Positions 44,221 to 53,045 of a stretch of DNA of 64,000 nucleotides are shown in pieces. A program made the translations under genes and the position numbers. Within the stretch, counting starts at the first letter, position 1. Each line of letters starts with the position of its first letter. The notes beneath the pieces are model-generated. The model searched no databases and was not told the DNA's origin. It saw only the letters and a program-made list of their open reading frames with translations. The stretch is from contig JAPLMX010000171.1 of NCBI GenBank assembly GCA_026386805.1, forward strand, positions 8,176-72,175. The letters are read 5' to 3'. Source of the DNA: Phycisphaerae bacterium. Lineage in GTDB: Bacteria > Planctomycetota > Phycisphaerae > Sedimentisphaerales > Anaerobacaceae.

Positions 44221-45906
44221 CTAACGAATGAGGTTCGTCAACTCGGTTAGAATCTCCGTGGCCACCCGGATGGTGCGGGCGTTTGCCTGGTACCCGTTCT
44301 GCGCCTGGATCATATTGACGAATTCGGTCGCCACGTCCGCGTTCGACTTCTCCAGAGCGCTGCCGTGAATCACGCCGGCACCGGTGCTCCCCGCTTGGGT
44401 CGCCACCGCCGAGCCGGAGTTGGCCGAGGCCAGGTAGTATCCGCCGCCGGCGCTCTGCAAGGCGGCCGGGTTGTTGAACAGAGAAATCTGCAGCGTCGCC
44501 AAGTCCTTCTTGACGCCATTCGTGAAGGCACCGACCAGCGTGCCGTCACTGCCTACCGACACCGCGGACAAGTTGCCCGATTCGTAGCCGTTCTGCTCGC
44601 GCGCCACGGCCGTGGAGTTGCCCGCAAATTGGGTCAGGCCGCCGAACGAGCCGATGGTCCCGAAGTCCAGAGAGAGGGTCTGCGAATGGGCGACGTCGTG
44701 ACTGAACGTGACGACGAACTCGCCCGCCTCGGTATCGGGAATCCCCGTGAAGGCCCCACTGAGCGGATCGAACGACAGCCCATTGACGCGGCGATTCGCC
44801 GGGTCGATGGTCTGAACGTCCCCCGTGATGGACGTCAAAATGACGTCCCAGGTGTTGACCGTGTCGGTCCGCACCATCGTGGCAGACAGAACGTGCTTGC
44901 CGCCCTGCGAATCATACACGGCGATGTTCGCGTTCTTGGATTCCGCGCCGCCGACCGTGGTCATTTCAAAATACGACGGGGTCGTGAGCGTACCGGCGCC
45001 CGAGTAGGAAAGCGCGATATCGGACTTGCTGTAGCCAGTCGCATCATCCGTGATGCGAATCTGGCCGTTCACGAGGGAGGCCGTCGCGTTGCTCAACACG
45101 TTGTTGTTCAGGTGGTCGATCAGGTCGTTGACGGTCGTGGCCGCCGTCACCGCGAAGGTCAGGCCGGTGCCCAGCGCGGTGCCGTCTTGTTGAAAGCCCG
45201 AGATGGAGATGGTGCCCGTCTGGCCGGCGCCCAGCTCGCCGCCCGCCCCGGAACCGCCGGTGAACTGGTCGAGCTGATCGATCTGGGCCGTCCCCAGGGC
45301 TTCCGAGCCATCCACCGTGTAGGCCAAGTTCGATGTCAGCACCTGCGTGTTCGGGGTCCCGGCCGCGTCGGAGCTGAGGTTGCCCGTGAGCGTGACCGTG
45401 GAGGTCGCCTTCGCGGGTAGCGCGGTGCCGTAGGGGATCTGGATATTGCTGTCCCCCGGCAGTTGGAAGCCGTCGCTTTCCCCCGTCAGACCGATGCGCT
45501 GGACACGGTAGCCGGTGGCGGGGTCCACGAGGTAGCCGGCGGCATCGACCCCGAAAGCCCCCGCACGCGTATACAGCGCGCGGACGCCGTCGTTGACGAC
45601 AAAGTACCCTTCTCCCTCGATGGCCGCGTCCAACGGACGGCCGGTATTGACGATACTGCCCTGGACCATGTCCGGCGCAATGCTCGCCGCCTTGACGCCG
45701 GTGCCCACCTGCTGGGGGTTCGTGCCGCCGACGCGGTCCGTCGGCTGCGACGCCTGCCCGATCGTCTGGCTCAACAGCTCCGCAAAACCGACGCGGCTGG
45801 CTTTGAACGCCGTCGTGTTCACATTCGCCAAGTTGTTACCGGCCACATCCAGCATCTCCTGATGCGCCTGCAGCCCCGTTACGCCTGAAGACAACGCATA
45901 CGACAT
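44221..45906 (-). CDS. flgE: Flagellar hook protein FlgE
   Basis: 561 aa. SGVTGLQAHQEMLDVAGNNLANVNTTAFKASRVGFAELL, DAAIEGEGYFVV, and C-terminal LEKSNADVATEFVNMIQAQNGYQANARTIRVATEIL. Confidence 0.95.
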   Translation of the reverse strand: MSYALSSGVTGLQAHQEMLDVAGNNLANVNTTAFKASRVGFAELLSQTIGQASQPTDRVGGTNPQQVGTGVKAASIAPDMVQGSIVNTGRPLDAAIEGEGYFVVNDGVRALYTRAGAFGVDAAGYLVDPATGYRVQRIGLTGESDGFQLPGDSNIQIPYGTALPAKATSTVTLTGNLSSDAAGTPNTQVLTSNLAYTVDGSEALGTAQIDQLDQFTGGSGAGGELGAGQTGTISISGFQQDGTALGTGLTFAVTAATTVNDLIDHLNNNVLSNATASLVNGQIRITDDATGYSKSDIALSYSGAGTLTTPSYFEMTTVGGAESKNANIAVYDSQGGKHVLSATMVRTDTVNTWDVILTSITGDVQTIDPANRRVNGLSFDPLSGAFTGIPDTEAGEFVVTFSHDVAHSQTLSLDFGTIGSFGGLTQFAGNSTAVAREQNGYESGNLSAVSVGSDGTLVGAFTNGVKKDLATLQISLFNNPAALQSAGGGYYLASANSGSAVATQAGSTGAGVIHGSALEKSNADVATEFVNMIQAQNGYQANARTIRVATEILTELTNLIR

Positions 45907-45935
45907 TTGTGCCTTCTCCTACTATCGTGAGACCA

Positions 45936-46319
45936 TCAATCTCGAATGGACGCGACATCCGCCAGGTTGACCTGCTGACCGCCGATGGCCAGCAAAGCCG
46001 ACCCATCGTCGGCGATGCTGACTTCCTCCACCTGTCCGGCCTTGGTCTCGGACGTGCCGTCCTCCGCCTGCACCTTGTACGAGACGTTCTTGCCGATCAG
46101 CGAGCTGGCGTAGTTGCGCTGCACCGACTCCAGCACTTTGCCAAACGAGGTGTTGAGGTTCTCCGTCTGCTGCAACTGGGAGAACTGCGCCAGTTGAGCG
46201 GACATGTCCTTGTTGTCCAGCGGTTCCAGGGGATTCTGGTTCTGGAGCTGTGTCACCAGCAGCTTCATGTAATCCATCTGGATGTCACTGGCCGACGCAG
46301 TCGACGTGATCGCAGCCAT
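45936..46319 (-). CDS. flgD: Flagellar hook assembly (capping) protein FlgD
   Basis: 127 aa with DYMKLLVTQLQNQNPLEPLDNKDMSAQLAQFSQLQQ, the FlgD signature. Confidence 0.9.
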   Translation of the reverse strand: MAAITSTASASDIQMDYMKLLVTQLQNQNPLEPLDNKDMSAQLAQFSQLQQTENLNTSFGKVLESVQRNYASSLIGKNVSYKVQAEDGTSETKAGQVEEVSIADDGSALLAIGGQQVNLADVASIRD

Positions 46320-46401
46320 CGGTCTCTATCCTCATGTCAAAACCATGTGTTTCTTCCCGGGCCGCACGTGCAACCCGGATGAACACCCGTGGAAACACAA
46401 T

Positions 46402-46417
46402 AGCAATTGGCGTGCCA
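46402..46417 (-). promoter_or_regulatory. Sigma-54 promoter (-24/-12) for the flgD-flgE... operon
   Basis: The minus strand reads TGGCACGCCAATTGCT. The -12 GC is ~85 nt upstream of the flgD ATG (46319). Confidence 0.8.
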
Positions 46418-46878
46418 CGGGAGCGAAGGACAGAGAAATACCACGACGAGAAACCTCCCAACCCGTGCTAGGGATACTGATTCGGGCGACGGTCGGTCCC
46501 ACCCGCGCCGCCGCGAACCGGCGATGTCGCGACACGGAATCCGGCAGAATCTTCCTTACCCAGAAAAATCTTCCTCCGCCCGTTCGCGCGTCCGGCGCAC
46601 CGGCCGCCGCAGACCGAGCGTCAGGGGCGCGTCCCATAAGAAGCCCGGCCGCTCTTGTGCCCAACGCAGGGATGGAAGACGCGTCGCCCCCTCCTTTTTG
46701 GGACCGTCCCATCAAGGGCATGACCGGGCCGTCCCAGGATCGCCGCCGGATGTCGAGACGCTCTCGCGGCGTCCAATAAAGATTAAAGATGTTGGAAACG
46801 CGCAGTCGATGTGTGCCGTATTCGACGCGACCGTCGGCCGCCGGCCGAGGCGTTGACAACCGGATAGGTTGGGAAGAT

Positions 46879-48321
<1,443 letters not shown>

Positions 48322-48721
48322 CCTCCCCCGGGACGGTCCCGGCAAAAACACAGACGTTCTCCACCTCCCCGTTCTCCAATGCGTCAGAGCCTTCGTGCGT
48401 GCTTGTCGAGCCGCAGAGGGTGTGTCAGAAAATCGGGCGAGCCGTATAGAATCCGGACACGGGGAGATAGGGAATTCCGGGGACACCTTACTTATTTCGG
48501 TCTTGAATTGAGTATGCTGTCCCCAGATATCAGTCACGCGGGCCAAATGCGTTCATGCTGCTGCTGCATTCATTGAACACGTACTCTCTTACTGCTTCTG
48601 TAATCATCCTGAAACCGCTAACAAATGTCGAGGAATGCGGCATCGGCAGCAGACACCACAGTGTAATCCGCACCCGATCTTCTCTCTACCAAGACGCCTT
48701 CCTCGCCGATCTCATTACACT

Positions 48722-48746
48722 CGCGAGACCCGCCGCGGGTCTCGCG
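48722..48746 (-). terminator. GC-rich hairpin downstream of the AAA_13 gene (no U-tract)
   Basis: cgcgagaccc-gccgc-gggtctcgcg, a perfect 10-bp stem ~30 nt after the stop at 48776. Confidence 0.35.
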
Positions 48747-48775
48747 TAGGAGTGCAAGCGATTGTTCGCCCTCGG

Positions 48776-51055
48776 CTATCCCAATACATCCAGCGCCTTC
48801 TGCGCGAATAACCGCACTACCTCTGGGGTCAGCGGAATCATTCCCGGAACATCGTCAGTGGCGTGATGACTTGGCAGCGAGGCATCGTTGATGGACTCCA
48901 AGTTTGGGACTTTCGCCCGCAGCGCATCTAGTCGCGATCCTGAATCACTGTCTCGTATTCTGGCAATCATTTGAGCGAGAGTATCACGAGTCTGAAAAGG
49001 CGGACCAGGAAACAGGTGCCGGAGTCGCTGTTCCAAGTAGGGCCGAATACACGCTGCTGCTAACCTGTGATCGCCGCCGTGTTCAAGAAAGTCGCGAAGC
49101 TTGAGGTAATGCTCCACATACTCCGTCTGCGTTGCGCGATCCACGTCCCATGGCAGCAATCGGCTCCCCCTGTTGGTCCTTTCCACCTGCAAAGGGACGA
49201 TATTCTTCAGCTTCTTGTCCCGCCACATCATTGCAGCCAACCGCTCGTCGTGAGTCAGGACAACAACCTGCGCGCCACGGACCCGCAAGTCACGAACGAC
49301 CCCTTCGATGAGGGTTCTGCGAGAACTTCCGAGGCTGTTCACCGGGTCATCAAGCACTACAACTCGACCAGTCAGATCGCTCTGATCCTTCAATCGTGCG
49401 AAGAAGAATGAGAGCGCGAGCGTGTTCTTGTCCCCCTCGCTGAGAACGGTCTCGAAGCAAGGTTCAGTCTCAGAAAGGCCGAGTTCGAACTCGTATCCGT
49501 GCACCTTGAGTTTGTACTGGACGATGGCTCTCCCACTAGGAAACCCTGACTCAACAGATTCGATTCTTATGTCGCAGCCGAAGTGTTCAAGGTAGTGATT
49601 GATGCCGGCTTGGTACTTGACGACCACCCTGGAAGCGTGTTCATCAATTTCTTTCTTCAGCCCCGTTTTCTCCCCGTCAAGCCTCGTCCGTTTCTCAATG
49701 AGAGCGTTTCTCTTTCCAAGCAGATCCTGCGCTAATGGCTCGAACCGGATCTTCTGGTTCTCAAGACGGCGCAGACGCTGTTCGATCTCCGCCATGTCCG
49801 CCTTCGACAGAGCGGCCTTTCGCTCTTGAGCCTTCTTGCCGCTGGCAGAGAGGATGTCGTTCACCTTGACGAGCATGGCTACCGCAGTCTCATACTCCGC
49901 CAGTGCCTCCTCAGCCAAAGCAGGCTCCATCCTCTCGAGCGGCCTGGCTTGTTTACTTGCGACAACTGCTCCCAACTTCCCCGCGGCAGATTTCCAGACC
50001 GCTTCGGCCTTGGTAAGAGTGGTGGCAATCGCGGACTGATCAATCGGCATTTCGTCCGCCCACTGGGCACCCACAGCGGCCTGAACCGAGAAAGCTGCCC
50101 GCATATGCGGGAAAGCGGCCGTGCCAAGTTGGTCCCGGATTGCCTGAATCTCCAGTGACAATGATTCGGTGTAGGCACGATATTCCGCACTGAAGTAGGA
50201 GCGGATTGTCGCGACGAGACTCGATCCGGCAATATCCTGAGCGCAGAATGGGCATTTGTTATCCGTCCCCGTATGCCTCGCGCCATATGCGAGCCAGTTC
50301 TCGCCGTCGTTGTCCAGATGCTGGTTGATGTGCGCTCGGACTACGGCAGCAATGTCTGCGCCTATGCCGTCAGCGCTCTTCTCCAGGAGTGTGGTAATCG
50401 CATTCCGATCAACCGTGGGCAACGCAACCGCCTTGGGTACCGCTCTTGCGAGAATCGCATCCTTGCTCTGTGCCTGCTTCAGTTCCGCGCGTACCTTGTC
50501 TATGTGCTCGTCAATCTTCGCGTCATTCGAGAGGCCCAGAAACGTCTCAAGGGTGTCGGGCTTCTTGATCAGCAGTTGAAGGTCTTTCTCAATTGCGTTT
50601 TTCTGGGTCAGCGCCTCCCGGCCCTCGTTATCGGCTTGCGTCAGCTTCCTCAATTTCTCAACTGCTGTCCGTCCGAGGACAAACTCGCAGAGATTTCGGC
50701 GATTATCGGGATCTATACCGGTTGCTGCATGAACGTTACGCGTTACGAAACCAGGAAAGAAGACCTCAAGTGTGTTATACGGCAGTTGGTCGTCCCAGTC
50801 TCGGCCATCGAAGGTGTAGAGTTTCCCGTTCATTCTGACGGCCACGGTCGGGGCGACATCCCCAGGAAGGCTTCTGCGCCTGATGATCTCCCGTGCGTTC
50901 CGCTCGCGTAGCGAATCGAGAATGGCGGCAAGCGTGGACTTGCCGACACCGTTCTCCCCGTAGATTAGTGTGACTTCACCGAGGTCGCGGCCGGGCGTAT
51001 GGGAGTAGTCCTCGAACAGTCCAACCTTGTTTACACTTTCAAATCTTTCGAGCAT
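48776..51055 (-). CDS. AAA_13-type ABC ATPase with coiled-coil insert and CPFC motif (RloC/PrrC-like architecture)
   Basis: 759 aa. Walker A LIYGENGVGKSTLAAIL; long coiled-coil-like stretches flanking NKCPFCAQDI; signature-like LSEGDKNTLALSFFFA; Walker B RVVVLDDPVNSL; VVVLTHDE. The ~150-aa C-terminal domain has IRPYLEQRLRHLF and NDASLPSHHATDD. Confidence 0.75.
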   Translation of the reverse strand: MLERFESVNKVGLFEDYSHTPGRDLGEVTLIYGENGVGKSTLAAILDSLRERNAREIIRRRSLPGDVAPTVAVRMNGKLYTFDGRDWDDQLPYNTLEVFFPGFVTRNVHAATGIDPDNRRNLCEFVLGRTAVEKLRKLTQADNEGREALTQKNAIEKDLQLLIKKPDTLETFLGLSNDAKIDEHIDKVRAELKQAQSKDAILARAVPKAVALPTVDRNAITTLLEKSADGIGADIAAVVRAHINQHLDNDGENWLAYGARHTGTDNKCPFCAQDIAGSSLVATIRSYFSAEYRAYTESLSLEIQAIRDQLGTAAFPHMRAAFSVQAAVGAQWADEMPIDQSAIATTLTKAEAVWKSAAGKLGAVVASKQARPLERMEPALAEEALAEYETAVAMLVKVNDILSASGKKAQERKAALSKADMAEIEQRLRRLENQKIRFEPLAQDLLGKRNALIEKRTRLDGEKTGLKKEIDEHASRVVVKYQAGINHYLEHFGCDIRIESVESGFPSGRAIVQYKLKVHGYEFELGLSETEPCFETVLSEGDKNTLALSFFFARLKDQSDLTGRVVVLDDPVNSLGSSRRTLIEGVVRDLRVRGAQVVVLTHDERLAAMMWRDKKLKNIVPLQVERTNRGSRLLPWDVDRATQTEYVEHYLKLRDFLEHGGDHRLAAACIRPYLEQRLRHLFPGPPFQTRDTLAQMIARIRDSDSGSRLDALRAKVPNLESINDASLPSHHATDDVPGMIPLTPEVVRLFAQKALDVLG

Positions 51056-51170
51056 ATGCCCTCTGGACGTTTCTTTCGCCGCACGAAAGGTGTTCTATGG
51101 TCAGGTGCTCCTTTCTCTGGCGAACGTTCGAGTTCAGCGGCTGCCGAAGGCAGTCCGCTGGAACGAATAG

Positions 51171-51818
51171 TTAGCTTTCAGTCCATAGCGGCAGAGCACT
51201 TAGGAGTGTCGTCCCCGATGAGGTGATGTCCGCTGCGCCTGCGCTCAGCGCCTCATTCCGAAGGTTGTGGGCCGCCCATGAACCGCAGAAGATGTAGACA
51301 GGCGTTTTGGGGCTAATCGACTTGATCTTCTGAATGAGGTCGATTCCCGCTTTGTCACCTTCAGGTCGGCCCATGTCCGACAAGATAATGTCGTACGAGA
51401 GCTTCTTGGACTTTGTTAAGGCCTCATCGGTGCTTAGGGCGATGTCAACTCGCGCCCCCCGCTCTTCCAGCGATTCGACCAAGAAGCTATTGTTCTTCGG
51501 GTTGTCGTCGACCCAAAGAATTCGCTTACCGCTTGCCGACGGCACAGTGACAGGAAGTTGCTGTGCAGTAGGGCTGGCGTTCAGGCGCTTTTCAAGCTCA
51601 GCGAGCTTGCTTTGTAGGTCGTTGACGATCACTCGTTGTTGCTCCGATGCTTCCTCCATCGTGAGTTCGTTACCTGCGACCTTGATCGTGAACTTCCTGC
51701 CATGTGCCGATTCCACTAGCGTTCGTATCGGACCGTACAGCTTGTATAGCAATGCGGCGAGTACGAGCGGCCATGCAAGCGAGGCAAGGGCGGATATGAG
51801 CTTGGCTAGAGCGTCCAC
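51171..51818 (-). CDS. Membrane-anchored receiver (REC)-like domain protein
   Basis: 215 aa. TM LISALASLAWPLVLAALLYKLY, a coiled segment, then KRILWVDDNPKNNSFLVESLEERGARVDIALSTDEAL...YDIILSDMGRPEGDKAGIDLIQKIK...PVYIFCGS (CheY-like fold with DD pocket and SDM Asp). Confidence 0.7.
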   Translation of the reverse strand: MDALAKLISALASLAWPLVLAALLYKLYGPIRTLVESAHGRKFTIKVAGNELTMEEASEQQRVIVNDLQSKLAELEKRLNASPTAQQLPVTVPSASGKRILWVDDNPKNNSFLVESLEERGARVDIALSTDEALTKSKKLSYDIILSDMGRPEGDKAGIDLIQKIKSISPKTPVYIFCGSWAAHNLRNEALSAGAADITSSGTTLLSALPLWTES

Positions 51819-51983
51819 AGTGGGTCTCCTGAAAGCTACCAGTAATTAGACTGATCCGCATGACACACCGTGAGAACGGCTGCCAGAGTCGCGCTAATCC
51901 CTTTATCTTCTGTTGGTTGCGCTCTATCCAGTAGTTTATCACGGCATCTTATGCGGATCGGCATAATAACCTCCTCGATTGCC

Positions 51984-52238
51984 TCAAAGCCCCTCAACCG
52001 GACTGCGAACGCCCGGCGGTCCACGGTTGAGGACATGAGTGTAGATCATCGTCGCCTTAACGTCGCTATGACCCAAAAGCTCCTGGACGGTTCGAATGTC
52101 ATAGCCGCCTTCGAGCAAGTGAGTGACAAAGGAATGCCGGAACGTATGGCAAGTGGCGCGCTTCGTCAATCCCGCCTTCGCAACCGCCTGCCTCGCGGGT
52201 GTACTCCTTTGATCGTATGTCTTTGGCACTCCCGACAT
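51984..52238 (-). pseudogene. C-terminal fragment of a tyrosine recombinase, integron-integrase (IntI)-like
   Basis: 84 aa: [57 protein letters not shown] carries the box II H-x-x-R...H...Y catalytic residues and the IntI-type tail. The N-terminal ~240 aa are absent. Confidence 0.8.
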
Positions 52239-52343
52239 CCGGTTCTCCTTCGCTTACAGCGGGGATCATAGCATGGCACGTCGTGCAAATCAAGAGTGTC
52301 GGCAAAAAAAACAATGACCCGCATGAAGGCTAAATGGGGTTTC

Positions 52344-52498
52344 AGCCACAGAGGACACCGAGGTCACAGAGACCAAGAAGGTAAGAAGGTGGGAAACCAA
52401 GAAGGTCGGAAGGTGCCCAGAGAAGAAGGTCGGAACGTCTCGCGTTCTGGCCTTCCCACCTGCGCTCCTCTCTGTGTTCCTCTGTGATCTCTGTGGCT
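52344..52498. repeat. Palindromic element (family H): arms agccacagaggacaccgaggtcacagag / ctctgtgttcctctgtgatctctgtggct around aagaaggt repeats
   Basis: The arms are imperfect reverse complements. The centre contains four aagaaggt(n) words. Confidence 0.75.
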
Positions 52499-52642
52499 TG
52501 CTTCCTTTCTTAGCTTTTGACCGGGCCGTTGAAAAGAAGGCCCGTATCTCGTCGTTTTCCGCGACCAGCATCGCCGCCGGGATCTGGGAGGCCCGACCGC
52601 GGCGTGCGAAGGCACAGGCAGATGAGAATGTCTACTTCATGG

Positions 52643-52812
52643 ACGAGACCGGCGGGCAGAAGACGCAGGCCGCCGCCCTGCTCGGCATTACGTGCGCCAC
52701 CCCCTACGCCAAGGTCAAGCAATACGACATCCGCAAAGAGGGGGCTGCCATGGAGGAAGTACGGCTGGCCGCTCCACAGCCCTCTGAAGCTGTAGGCGCC
52801 GCCGCGTACTGA
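52643..52812 (+). pseudogene. Displaced, decaying 3' fragment of the EBP 1 gene (HTH region)
   Basis: Translates as [53 protein letters not shown]. Compared with the intact copy it has R-to-C and L-to-P changes inside the HTH. No AAA+ domain lies upstream. Confidence 0.8.
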
Positions 52813-52960
52813 CCTCCCCCAGACGGTCCCGGCAAAAACACAGACGTTCTCCACCTCACCGTTCTCCAATGCGCCGAGGCCTTCGTGCGTGCTTGTCGAG
52901 CCTCAGAGGGTGTGTCAGAAAATCGGGCGGGCCGTATAGAATCCTGACACGGGGAGATAG
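52643..52960 (+). repeat. Direct repeat copy B (attR-like)
   Basis: See copy A. The reading frame is preserved as far as the same stop position (52810-52812). Confidence 0.9.
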
Positions 52961-53015
52961 AGGGCGGGACCGCTTCCGATCCGCAATCCGCAATCGCCCC
53001 CCCGCAATCGCAGTC

Positions 53016-53031
53016 TGGCACAGCGGTTGCT
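53016..53031 (+). promoter_or_regulatory. Sigma-54 promoter (-24/-12) ahead of the TPR-EBP2-fliLMN-flhA-fliA block
   Basis: TGGCACAGCGGTTGCT on the plus strand. The -12 GC lies only 16 nt before the ATG at 53046. Confidence 0.7.
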
Positions 53032-53045
53032 CAAAAGAAGGATAA

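Larger units (their letters stand above)
48471..52642. mobile_element. Integrated genomic island remnant (~4.2 kb), lower GC than its flanks
   Basis: Bounded by the 319/318-nt direct repeats. Contains a tyrosine-recombinase fragment next to the right repeat plus two cargo genes. Single-line hand counts: 48541-48600 is 29/60 G+C, against 45/60 for 47401-47460. Confidence 0.75.

Noticed and set aside
51840-52345. Integron platform (attI/attC sites, cassette array) suggested by the IntI-like fragment
   Set aside because: I found no RYYYAAC...GTTRRRY attC pairs. The cargo genes are co-oriented with and downstream of the integrase fragment rather than divergent from it. The direct repeats fit site-specific island integration instead.
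52474-52812. 112-aa ORF that could be read as a small HTH regulator
   Set aside because: Its C-terminal 56 residues are a diverged duplicate of the EBP 1 tail, and the N-terminal part is repeat or junction sequence. It is interpreted as the displaced gene fragment at attR.
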